Shown: positions 51,652-59,819 of the stretch, in pieces
Position numbering within the stretch: position 1 is the first letter of the stretch
Layout: each line of letters opens with the position of its first letter
Assembly: GCF_988243305.1 (NCBI RefSeq)
Contig: NZ_OZ547136.1
DNA length: 64,000 bases
Direction: 5' to 3' (one strand)
Made by a program: the position numbers and the translations under genes
Notes under the pieces: model-generated
Seen by the model: only the letters and a program-made list of their open reading frames with translations
Database searches by the model: none
What the model was told of the DNA's origin: nothing

Positions 51652-51825
51652 TCAGCGATTGCGGAAACATTCCATAACCTCGCGGTCACGGTCGGTTAAT
51701 CGCTTCGCTGTGATGCGTTCTGCGCGTCCTGACGCTTTATCTTTATGCCCTGTTTCCTGTGTCTTCCATGCGTCACGCTGCCTTATAAGTCCACGGATAA
51801 GGCGGTTTTGTTCCCGCTCATTCAT
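51652..51825 (-). CDS. Possible 57-aa basic protein, translationally coupled to HNH
   Basis: The ATG overlaps the HNH stop. It encodes MNEREQNRLIRGLIRQRDAWKTQETGHKDKASGRAERITAKRLTDRDREVMECFRNR. I recognise no family. Confidence 0.3.
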   Translation of the reverse strand: MNEREQNRLIRGLIRQRDAWKTQETGHKDKASGRAERITAKRLTDRDREVMECFRNR

Positions 51826-52258
51826 CAGCGTCATACATCCAGTTATTGCGGTTAGCGGACCGTTCTTCCTCTTCACGAAATCCACCTGCGGCACGCTTGC
51901 TTTTTGTTGCCGGATCAAGCCATTTCGTTTTCTGGTTATGACACGCCTGACACAATGGCTGATGGTTCCATTCGGGCCAGAAGAGAACATCATCGCCGCC
52001 ATCGATGGGGATAATGTGATCCACCACCACGGCGGGCGTATATATCCCCTTCTCAAGGCATCGCACGCATAACGGGTTTTTACTCAGATACATGGCGCGG
52101 TATTTGTCCCACTGTCTGGAGTACCCACGCGCGCGGCGGTGTCCTCGTCTGGCATCCTCTGCACGCCATGCCGCCCGCCTGTGCTCCTCACACTTACCGG
52201 ACTTAACGCGCCTGTTACAGCCTGGTTCTGTACATCGTCTTAATGGTTGCCACGGCAT
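51818..52258 (-). CDS. HNH endonuclease (packaging-associated)
   Basis: The 146-aa ORF carries ..CVRCLEKGIYTPAVVVDHIIPI..WNHQPLCQACHNQKT. It lies adjacent to the terminase genes. Confidence 0.9.
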   Translation of the reverse strand: MPWQPLRRCTEPGCNRRVKSGKCEEHRRAAWRAEDARRGHRRARGYSRQWDKYRAMYLSKNPLCVRCLEKGIYTPAVVVDHIIPIDGGDDVLFWPEWNHQPLCQACHNQKTKWLDPATKSKRAAGGFREEEERSANRNNWMYDADE

Positions 52259-52554
52259 CAGTACACCCCCACATCACGGTAAGCCGTCCAGAGTGCGCCT
52301 ATCGTCATGGGTACGCGCGTTTTTGCGTTATCCGCGACAATCTGGCGATTTTCATACAGGTGAGCGATAAACATCATGCAGCCAATCTTTATGGCTGGCG
52401 TGAACTCCAGCCCGTCATCAAAGCGCCTGCCTATGTGTATCTGGCACGCCTCAAGCGATGCGGCAATGTATCCGCTGATTAACTGGTCTTCATCGTCGCC
52501 ATCGATGCGGCAATGGAGTTTCACTTCTTCCAGGGTGATAAGTTCTTCTGTCAT
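52258..52554 (-). CDS. gp6-like head-tail connector protein
   Basis: The 98-aa ORF MTEELITLEEVKLHCRIDGDDEDQLISGYIAASLEACQ.. has the typical Phage_connect_1 N-terminus. Confidence 0.8.
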   Translation of the reverse strand: MTEELITLEEVKLHCRIDGDDEDQLISGYIAASLEACQIHIGRRFDDGLEFTPAIKIGCMMFIAHLYENRQIVADNAKTRVPMTIGALWTAYRDVGVY

Positions 52555-52889
52555 TTTTCCGCGCCCTCACGACAAAGAATTTCAAGGCGTGTCCTGGCGG
52601 CATCCGGCAACGGTTGCCCGATGATATTCAGTACACGCCCCGCCAGCGGCCCTGTATTGACCTTTATCCGACTGGTGGCGTTGATGTCCTTCCGGTAGCG
52701 TATCCATATCCTTACCGTTCCAGTCGCCAGCTCTGCACCTGATGAAATGGCCTCCTTGCTGCTGATCATGTTCACGCTTGCCCAGAGTGTGTGACCGTCC
52801 ACCCACGTTTCGAGTATTTCGCCGGTTATATCCCTGGTCTGTTTCAGGGTCTGAATCGTTACCCTGTCACGCAGTCGCCCTATGTTCAT
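52551..52889 (-). CDS. Head closure / head-tail adaptor protein
   Basis: I trimmed the start to MNIGRLRDRVTIQTLKQTRDITGEILETWVDGHTLWASV.. (112 aa), an SPP1 gp16/HK97-type pattern. Confidence 0.75.
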   Translation of the reverse strand: MNIGRLRDRVTIQTLKQTRDITGEILETWVDGHTLWASVNMISSKEAISSGAELATGTVRIWIRYRKDINATSRIKVNTGPLAGRVLNIIGQPLPDAARTRLEILCREGAEK

Positions 52890-54097
52890 TCCGGTTTTTC
52901 TCCCTCGCTGATTTTTACTTCCTGTTTCCATGCCTGGCTGAACTCATCACCACCATCACGCGGGGACAGCCCTTCACGTTCGCGGGCTTCGTTCGGGCAC
53001 ATAACGCCGGATTTGATGCCGCGTTCATAGGTGGCAAAGCGTTCGCCAGGTGTGGCCCGTAACAGGTCCGCGCTGTCAAACTCCACCTGATACCGGATAC
53101 CAGGTACAGGCGAGGCCACCAGCAGGGCGTTTTTTATCTGCTGCTCAAAGTTCGCCAGCCACGGGCGCATCGTCATGGTGAGAAATGCGCGGCTTGCCTC
53201 GCTGAAGTTGCTGTAGGTGCTGTTGCTGTATTCCTGCAAAAAAATCGGCGAGACGTTGAACATTCGGGCGATGTCTTCAATGGTGAAGCGACGGGAGGCC
53301 AGCCATTCGGCATCCTGATTACTCATGCCCAGCTGCTGATAGCTCATCCCCCCTTCAAGGATGGGCGTTTTTCCGGCGTTTCTGGCCCCTTTGTAGCGTT
53401 CCAGTGCGGCTAATGCCTGTTTGCCCTTCACGCCGTCCAGCCATTCGCCTGACGTGATAACCCCTGCCGCCATCATGCCATCACGCATCACGCTCGCGCC
53501 GTGGCGTTGTTGGGCCAGCCCAAGCCCCAGCGATTCGCGGCAGATGGTTACAGGTGAGCGCCCCATAAAACCGTCATCCGTGGAGTAACGAAGGTGGAGA
53601 ACCTCCCACGGTAAATAGTTGCGGGTGTTTCCGGTGTAGGCGTCAGTGATGCAGTAGCGCCAGTTATGATCACCTGTCTGCTCCACGTTCACCGACTGCG
53701 GCGGGTAAGGATGTAAAGCCACCGGAAAACCATCACGCCCCCACTGAATCACCGCATAAGCATTACCGTTTAACAGGCAGTGGCGGATCATCATTCGCTT
53801 AAACTGGTAGGGAGTCTGCCACGCGTTCGGGCGCTCGTTGAGGATGTGATCGACCGGATGAGAATCAAGCCACTCGCGGGCCTCCTTCCCCTTCTCATTG
53901 CGTACCAGGTACAGGTAACACGGCATGGTAGCCACCGCCTCAGAGATGACCGTCACGGCGTTCATGACGGCGGGCAGTGATTCCGCTGTCCCCGATGATA
54001 CGTACTCACCCGCCCCCGTGTTCGATGTGCCAGCCAGCGCCATAAACTCATCAAGCGTCATGCTGCGCTGCTCTTTTTTTCTTCTGAAAGGCCACAT
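52886..54097 (-). CDS. Portal protein (HK97 family)
   Basis: The 403-aa ORF carries ..LLNGNAYAVIQW.. ..RRFTIEDIARMFNVSPIFL.. motifs. Confidence 0.9.
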   Translation of the reverse strand: MWPFRRKKEQRSMTLDEFMALAGTSNTGAGEYVSSGTAESLPAVMNAVTVISEAVATMPCYLYLVRNEKGKEAREWLDSHPVDHILNERPNAWQTPYQFKRMMIRHCLLNGNAYAVIQWGRDGFPVALHPYPPQSVNVEQTGDHNWRYCITDAYTGNTRNYLPWEVLHLRYSTDDGFMGRSPVTICRESLGLGLAQQRHGASVMRDGMMAAGVITSGEWLDGVKGKQALAALERYKGARNAGKTPILEGGMSYQQLGMSNQDAEWLASRRFTIEDIARMFNVSPIFLQEYSNSTYSNFSEASRAFLTMTMRPWLANFEQQIKNALLVASPVPGIRYQVEFDSADLLRATPGERFATYERGIKSGVMCPNEAREREGLSPRDGGDEFSQAWKQEVKISEGEKPE

Positions 54098-54098
54098 A

Positions 54099-54671
54099 TC
54101 ACACCCCCGCTAAATCCACCCACCAGCGGCGATTATCCGCACGCGGCATTTTTTCGGGGTGCTGCTCATACAGGGAACGGCGGGCCAGCTCCACGCCGGA
54201 ATCGGGGTAAGCCGGTACCGATGTAACGGTAATTTCGTACAGTTCCGCCACCAGCACGGTGCGCACGCATGGATCTGTTGTGGTATCCCATACATCCTTA
54301 CGGGAGCGAAAGCCAAAGCTCATCCCCGAGATGTCCCCACGCTTAACCAGTTCGATAACGTCGCGCCCTGTACTGGTATCCGGTGGGGTCAGTTCAAAGC
54401 GTAACCCTGTTTCGTCCTCTTCCAGTTTCAGCGTGCCGGAACGGGTGCGCCCCAGTAACATGCTGTGGTCATGCTCATACAGGCCGCGAACGTCATTACC
54501 CGCCGCAAGCCACTCAGTAAACGCCCCCCGCTGGAATTTTTCGTAAAACTCCCCCCATAGCAGTTCTGAAAGCTTATCCCAGCGAACAACGTAGCCCGTC
54601 AGCGTACCGGCTCCGCTGGTAGTGATTTCCGATGACCGGATTTCCATACTCTTCATAATTTTTTCACCCAT
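54099..54671 (-). CDS. Prohead maturation protease (HK97 family)
   Basis: The 190-aa ORF carries ..GYVVRWDK.. ..LYEHD..LLGRT.. ..GDISGMSFGF.. Confidence 0.9.
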   Translation of the reverse strand: MGEKIMKSMEIRSSEITTSGAGTLTGYVVRWDKLSELLWGEFYEKFQRGAFTEWLAAGNDVRGLYEHDHSMLLGRTRSGTLKLEEDETGLRFELTPPDTSTGRDVIELVKRGDISGMSFGFRSRKDVWDTTTDPCVRTVLVAELYEITVTSVPAYPDSGVELARRSLYEQHPEKMPRADNRRWWVDLAGV

Positions 54672-54710
54672 AAAACACTAAAGGGGCTTTTAAGCCCCTT
54701 CTGTATGCTG

Positions 54711-55868
54711 TTAATCGTCGTCCTGTGGCAGTTCCAGAATCTTGATCGCGTTCGAATCCACCACGCCACCGCCTAAATATTTCTGCGTGAAAATTTTGAT
54801 GAAGCCCGGCTCTGTGAGGTTGTCCGGTCTGGTGCGAACACCTGTTTCGTGATCAACAATGTAGTAACCGCGTTTGAAGTCACCCAGGGCAATAACGTTA
54901 TCCGGCATAAACTCCAGATATTCGACCGGAAGGCCCAGTAACGTATCAGGATCACCCGCCTGTAAACGGTCGCGCCAGATGTAATCACCGTTCGCGTTCT
55001 TCACCTTCTGAAGTTTTGCCGCCGTCGTGGAGTTAACCACCCAGACCGCGTTTTTGCGGTATTTTTTACGTAATGCAAATTTCAGGTCGATCAGCGGGTC
55101 CGCAGATGTCCACGCCAGAGATTCGGAAGGTTTAATTACCTGCAACGTACCAAAATCACGCTCTTTGTCGTTCTTCTCTGCACGGGGTACGGATAAAAAA
55201 CCTTTTGCTTTTTTGTCACCGTCGCCCACAACCAGATCGCTTTCTTCGGTTTCCGTGAAGGTGTCGCCAATCTCGCCCGTCAGCCATGAAAGGATGTCCA
55301 CATCGGAAAAATCCACGATTTCCTGTGTGGTGCGCGGGTACGCATAGACCGGATACAGCTTAATGCTCACCTCGTTAATCTGCGGGGTGCTGGTCTGTTC
55401 GCGTGTCTTACCCTCTTCACCGTGGTTAACGGTCGCACCGCCAGCGGAAACAAGCTGCTTAAACTCGTTGCTGCTGATTTTCTTCACGGTACAGATGCGG
55501 CGCATGGTGGACTCATCCGCCAGCATTCGCATGATTTCGGTGTTCAGTTCGGGGATAACGGTATAACCACCATCAGCGGGAACGCCTGTACTTAATGCGC
55601 GGGTTTCACCTGTCAGAATGTAGTTGCGTAGTTCTGCGGGGTCAGTGGTCTGGCTGCTTTTACCTGGCTTGCTGCGCTCTTCGTCTGCAATGGCTTCAAG
55701 GCGGGAAATGTCTTTATCGAGGGATTCAGCTTTAGCGCGTAATTCGTCAAATTTTGCGCCCTCAGCATCGTTAAGACTGCGGTTTTCTTTTTCCGCGTTC
55801 TCCAGCATGTCGCGCATCTGATTTTTAATGGCGGTTTTCTGCTGGCGTAATTCGATTATTCTCGGCAT
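54711..55868 (-). CDS. Major capsid protein (HK97 fold) with an N-terminal coiled-coil delta domain
   Basis: I trimmed the start to MPRIIELRQQKTAIKNQMRDMLENAEKENRSLNDAEGAKFDELRAKAESLDKDISRLE.. (385 aa). Confidence 0.9.
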   Translation of the reverse strand: MPRIIELRQQKTAIKNQMRDMLENAEKENRSLNDAEGAKFDELRAKAESLDKDISRLEAIADEERSKPGKSSQTTDPAELRNYILTGETRALSTGVPADGGYTVIPELNTEIMRMLADESTMRRICTVKKISSNEFKQLVSAGGATVNHGEEGKTREQTSTPQINEVSIKLYPVYAYPRTTQEIVDFSDVDILSWLTGEIGDTFTETEESDLVVGDGDKKAKGFLSVPRAEKNDKERDFGTLQVIKPSESLAWTSADPLIDLKFALRKKYRKNAVWVVNSTTAAKLQKVKNANGDYIWRDRLQAGDPDTLLGLPVEYLEFMPDNVIALGDFKRGYYIVDHETGVRTRPDNLTEPGFIKIFTQKYLGGGVVDSNAIKILELPQDDD

Positions 55869-56120
55869 AAAAAAAAGTCCTGGGGTTAAGTAAGGAACTC
55901 CAGGACGCGGCAAACACTCAACCGTTTTTCATAAGGAAATCAGCAATCGCACCGATCGTTTTCCCGCCTGGTAATGAATATTGGCGAGCACATTAACAGG
56001 CGGGAAAGTGGCCCCAGCGTCCTGGCACCACGGGCGAGAATAATCATGATTCAGTTCGGGTAAAATATGCCGATCCGCTCAGTGAACAACGTGGAACAAC
56101 CACGAACAAATAATTTACAA

Positions 56121-56150
56121 AAAATAACAAAAAGCCGGATTGCTCCGGCT
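56121..56150 (-). terminator. Intrinsic terminator (AGCCGGAGCAATCCGGCT + U-run)
   Basis: It has a 7-bp stem followed by TTTTTGTTATTTT on the minus strand, directly after the 74-aa ORF. It is a near-copy of the hairpin at 56490-56513. Confidence 0.7.
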
Positions 56151-56169
56151 GTATGTGCTGTATGGGTGC

Positions 56170-56394
56170 TCAGTCTCTGATCCCTTTCAGAAATTCTATC
56201 AATGCATCTGTCTGTTCAGGATTTACTGCCAGCATTTCACCGGATAGCGCGCAACGAACAAAACCATGATGATCCTTTTCAATCAGTGCGCCCGTCTCCA
56301 GGAATGCGCGGTAATCATTGATGCTCATCGTCTCCATGTTGTCAGCATGGTATTTATCACGCTGTTTTAATATCTCATCAAATTTCATCGGCAT
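56170..56394 (-). CDS. Hypothetical protein (74 aa)
   Basis: I trimmed the start to MPMKFDEILKQRDKYHADNMETMSINDYRAFLE.. It has a GAGG SD and is followed by its own terminator. Confidence 0.5.
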   Translation of the reverse strand: MPMKFDEILKQRDKYHADNMETMSINDYRAFLETGALIEKDHHGFVRCALSGEMLAVNPEQTDALIEFLKGIRD

Positions 56395-56489
56395 TGTTTT
56401 TTCCTCTGTTGTGTCTGTTTGTTTCAGATAGTAACTATGCCTGACCGTGACGAAAACCCGGTAATGCGCCATACCGTTTCAACTGGTGC

Positions 56490-56513
56490 AAAAAAAGCCG
56501 GATTTCTCCGGCT
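56490..56513 (-). terminator. Intrinsic terminator (AGCCGGAGAAATCCGGCT + U-run)
   Basis: This hairpin is a paralogue of the one at 56121-56150. It lies directly after the PerC-like ORF. Confidence 0.7.
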
Positions 56514-56563
56514 GTGTGATTAGCTGTCCTGGTAATTGCGCCATATTTCATCACCAGCACCAT

Positions 56564-56791
56564 CTATCCCCATTTCGGCATAAGTGCGATCGACTGCCTT
56601 TTCAGGTCTCCGTAATTATCCGGTGGCTCCGGTGGCCTCTGTGCCTTCCTGGAACATTCCAGCCGTCGCATCGTGATGTGATGCCGTTCCTTGTCTGTCT
56701 CCACCAGCAGCATGACTTCACCCCATCGCGCCGACGCCCTCCGGTAAAATCCTTTAGCCTCGAGTTCCTCCGCTATGCGGTCATGTACCAT
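56564..56791 (-). CDS. PerC/Pch-family transcriptional activator-like protein
   Basis: I trimmed the start to MVHDRIAEELEAKGFYRRASARWGEVMLLVETDKERHHITMRRLECSRKAQRP.. (75 aa). The LE.KG.YRRA..RW motif is the PerC family core as I recall it. Confidence 0.55.
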   Translation of the reverse strand: MVHDRIAEELEAKGFYRRASARWGEVMLLVETDKERHHITMRRLECSRKAQRPPEPPDNYGDLKRQSIALMPKWG

Positions 56792-56801
56792 CCTCACCCC
56801 C

Positions 56802-57212
56802 TCAGAACGGAATACCGTCACCGTAAGGGTCATCGCCTCCCGCTGGTGGCTGATTACCCTGTGTGCCTGTGGTTTTGCGTCTGTTCCCGCCAGGACGTGC
56901 CGCACGGGCACTGATTACGCTGTCTGCAATAACCTGCCAGCCCTGCCGCGTTTCTCCGTTCTGTCCGGTCCACTGGCTTACCTGCATCGTGCCGGATACG
57001 CTGGCAACATCGCCTTTTTGATGTTTAGCCAGGAAGTCGGCCTGTTTGCCAAATGCGATGACCGATAACCATAACGTCGCCTGTCCGTCCTGTGCCTGGC
57101 TGCATGGCAAAGATACCGCCATACGCGCCAGCGTCATCGGTGTGCCCTTGCTGGTCTGTTTTACCTGCGGGTCGTCCACCAGCCGCCCGTAAGCGGCTAT
57201 CTGTGCCGTCAT
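56802..57212 (-). CDS. ssb: Single-stranded DNA-binding protein
   Basis: The 136-aa ORF has an OB-fold N-terminus (AAYGRLVDDPQVKQTSKGTPMTLARMAV), a Gly/Pro-rich linker and an acidic tail DDPYGDGIPF. Confidence 0.8.
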   Translation of the reverse strand: MTAQIAAYGRLVDDPQVKQTSKGTPMTLARMAVSLPCSQAQDGQATLWLSVIAFGKQADFLAKHQKGDVASVSGTMQVSQWTGQNGETRQGWQVIADSVISARAARPGGNRRKTTGTQGNQPPAGGDDPYGDGIPF

Positions 57213-57460
57213 AATTCCACCTCTCCGGTTTTAACGTTGATGGTTGTTACCTGTTCCGCTTCGGCAATCTCCCGTTCTGTCAGCGTGGCAAAGTTTGCCG
57301 CCGCCGTGGTCATGAATGCGCTTATCAGGTCGGGATGTTCCTTCGCGTATCCTTCCCGCGTGTGGCGGTCTATCGTTCTGATTGCCACCTTTAAAGCGTG
57401 CTCAGTCATGTCTAACGCTTTATATTTTGGCTCTGTTCTGTCTCTGCGTTTTTGGGTCAT
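57209..57460 (-). CDS. Hypothetical protein (83 aa)
   Basis: I trimmed the start to MTQKRRDRTEPKYKALDMTEHALKV.. with a GAGAGG SD. It overlaps the ssb start. Confidence 0.45.
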   Translation of the reverse strand: MTQKRRDRTEPKYKALDMTEHALKVAIRTIDRHTREGYAKEHPDLISAFMTTAAANFATLTEREIAEAEQVTTINVKTGEVEL

Positions 57461-57662
57461 TTCTCGCAACCTCTCACTTTTTCGCCTCACTTTTTCAAGC
57501 GTCTCACTTCGTCGCAGTTGGGATTTTCGGTTTTTCTATGTGTGTGTTTCATAAGTATTTTTTTACCCCTCACTTTTGAGGATGTATACAGGTCGAAAAG
57601 TGAGGGAGAGCGGGCTAATTTTGGCCCTCTTTCTATCCCCCTCGCTTTTGCTCCTCACTTTT
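57461..57662. repeat. ori: Replication-origin-like iteron field (CTCACTTTT x6-7, one inverted pair, AT-rich core)
   Basis: Iterons occur at 57473, 57486, 57503, 57569, 57596 (inverted), 57641 (variant) and 57654. The AT-rich stretch TTCATAAGTATTTTTTTAC lies immediately 3' of the rep gene. Confidence 0.7.
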
Positions 57663-59061
57663 ATAGCGGCGCTACATCATCCCCATCGATACGAATAACC
57701 CCATCTTTTTCCAGCTTGTACAGCCAGCGCCGGAAGTTTTTCATTTCATACCCCAGTTTTTTCATGTCATCACGTAACAGCGGGATCGTGCACTTGTCGC
57801 CGTTCTGTGTGCGTGAACGGATGCACCCCCATAGCGCGGTATGGTTTTCCGTCTTGTTCCCTGCCTCCTCGATGCGCTCCAGTTCAACAGGAGGGCGCGG
57901 ATCATCCACCACTACCAGCGACGTGATTAATTCACCGTCAGCGTCGGTAAAAAGCTCCACCACGCGTAAGTCATATGCGGCTTCTTTGAGTTCCTCCGCG
58001 TCCTTCATTTTGGTGCATGAGATAACCAGCGCTTCGCTTCCTGCGTCCTCCCTGCGTATCCGGTATTCAGCATCCAGCGAAGCACGAAATGCACTGGAAC
58101 CGCGCGCGCCTTTCGTCTCATCCTTGCCGGAATGGTGAACCACCAGCACCGTGGCCCCTGTGCGTCGTTTCAGTTCGTCACAACCACGGATAAACGCCCC
58201 CATATCACGGGAATCATTTTCATCATTCCCACCAAAGCAACGCGCCAGCGTATCCAGAATAATCATGCGTACAGGTTTACCCGTTTCCCGCTCCACCTGA
58301 CGGGCAGCGATAACCATTTCATCAACATCAAGCGGGGCAGCCGGAAAGATGGGGCGGTTTACCAGATACAGATTTTTCACCTGCTCATCGTGCACAACCT
58401 CCCAGGCTTTTACACGACGCGGAACACCTATACCGCCTTCACCAACCACATAGAGAACCGCACCATGTGCAACCCTGCGGCCTCCCCACTGGCGACCAGT
58501 GGCAACATGGCACGCCCACGATCCGGCAAGGAATGATTTATAGGACCCGCTAGCCCCGTATATGCTGCATAGCGATACCGCCGGAATAATCCCCTTAACC
58601 ACGTAATCCAGTTGCGTGTCGTATCCGGTAGATCCAACGCTCATCGGTAGCGTGGTTTTTCGCTGGTGGTTTTTTTCTTCCACCGGCTCTTTCCCGCGCA
58701 CCCGTTCCAGGTATTCGCGCCAGTTCTCCCGCATATGGCTGTGCATCCCTTCGGGGTAATAATTCGCATCAGTTACACCCGCCGCCGCCAGCTTGTGCGC
58801 AATGGCATTAATATTTGATGGCCTGATGTGGCCTGCCTTGTACAGCCGGACACAATAGCGCCCCTCGTCGATGATTCTCAGGTCTGCCAGTTCATCCAGT
58901 TGATCATCAGCCAGCACAACGGGAGGCACATTATCGCCAGCCAGTCGCCCGTCCTGTTCCTGCCACTGTTTCGCATGTGCCCAGGCATCACTACCCGCAA
59001 AAATAATGACTTCGGTCATCTTGTCGTAAGGCTGTTTTTTTAAGTTCGGTGCGCTTTTCAT
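57661..59061 (-). CDS. RepA/DnaB-like AAA_25 ATPase (satellite replication initiator-helicase)
   Basis: The 466-aa ORF has Walker A GASGSYKS, Walker B RMIILDTLAR and ..VLVVHHSGKDETKGARGSSAF.. Confidence 0.8.
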   Translation of the reverse strand: MKSAPNLKKQPYDKMTEVIIFAGSDAWAHAKQWQEQDGRLAGDNVPPVVLADDQLDELADLRIIDEGRYCVRLYKAGHIRPSNINAIAHKLAAAGVTDANYYPEGMHSHMRENWREYLERVRGKEPVEEKNHQRKTTLPMSVGSTGYDTQLDYVVKGIIPAVSLCSIYGASGSYKSFLAGSWACHVATGRQWGGRRVAHGAVLYVVGEGGIGVPRRVKAWEVVHDEQVKNLYLVNRPIFPAAPLDVDEMVIAARQVERETGKPVRMIILDTLARCFGGNDENDSRDMGAFIRGCDELKRRTGATVLVVHHSGKDETKGARGSSAFRASLDAEYRIRREDAGSEALVISCTKMKDAEELKEAAYDLRVVELFTDADGELITSLVVVDDPRPPVELERIEEAGNKTENHTALWGCIRSRTQNGDKCTIPLLRDDMKKLGYEMKNFRRWLYKLEKDGVIRIDGDDVAPL

Positions 59062-59357
59062 TTCTTGCCCCTGAATCCGTTAATCATGGTTTTCAGCTTC
59101 TGGATGTTTGCCCGTGCCCTGGCGTTGCTGGTGGGCACGTTATGCGGCGCGGTCTGTACCAGAGAAAAATCACGCCGGAACTGATAAACAGGCATCACGC
59201 AATCATATTCGTAACCTTCACGGCGGTAGGTTACGCGCCGTTCTTCCACGCCCTTAATCATTACCGTGCCGCCGTACTGGTCGCGGTAAATATCACCGCG
59301 CGTAAATTTAGGGTGAGTGTTGCCACTGGCAGTTAAGCCAGAATATTTAAGTTTCAT
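59058..59357 (-). CDS. Hypothetical protein (99 aa)
   Basis: The ORF belongs to the tightly packed early operon. Confidence 0.5.
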   Translation of the reverse strand: MKLKYSGLTASGNTHPKFTRGDIYRDQYGGTVMIKGVEERRVTYRREGYEYDCVMPVYQFRRDFSLVQTAPHNVPTSNARARANIQKLKTMINGFRGKK

Positions 59358-59362
59358 TATTT

Positions 59363-59596
59363 TTATTCTCCGGTGTGCTGTTCTTTATATCTGTCGTGCA
59401 ATAGATCTATTTCTTGCAGTTCCATTATTACAGGCTCAAGAAGCGTTATTAATGCCGTGGCAATTCTTGATTTTTGTTTGTCGCGTTCATTGTCGCCAAG
59501 TGTTTCAAGCCATATGCGCAATATTTCCAGCATGTTTTCACTGTGAGAAAGTGCAAGAAATACGCGGTCTATTGTTTCGTGGTAAATATCACGCAT
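59363..59596 (-). CDS. Hypothetical protein (77 aa)
   Basis: The ORF belongs to the tightly packed early operon. Confidence 0.45.
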   Translation of the reverse strand: MRDIYHETIDRVFLALSHSENMLEILRIWLETLGDNERDKQKSRIATALITLLEPVIMELQEIDLLHDRYKEQHTGE

Positions 59597-59597
59597 A

Positions 59598-59819
59598 TTA
59601 ATCCCCGTCCGTCGTTTTTCTTAAAATAACCTCTGTCACGAAATCAGCATAATCGGCGGCGATATTCAGTACATCAAGCCCCGTTGATTTATATTCTCTC
59701 GTGGAAAGTAAGAAAAAAGCCGCTCTAATAAGTTCTGGCATTGACGAAAGCGCATCAGCCGCATCATCAGGAACGCCGGAAAATTCCTGTTTCAGGGAAT
59801 TAAAACGATCATCACGCAT
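59598..59819 (-). CDS. Hypothetical protein (73 aa)
   Basis: The ATG lies 2 nt after a G9 tract. Confidence 0.45.
   Translation of the reverse strand: MRDDRFNSLKQEFSGVPDDAADALSSMPELIRAAFFLLSTREYKSTGLDVLNIAADYADFVTEVILRKTTDGD

Noticed and set aside
51826-52056. N-terminal part of the 134-aa ORF 51652-52056
   Set aside because: It lies entirely inside the HNH endonuclease gene in another frame. Only the last 57 codons, which start at the HNH stop, were kept, and only as a low-confidence candidate.
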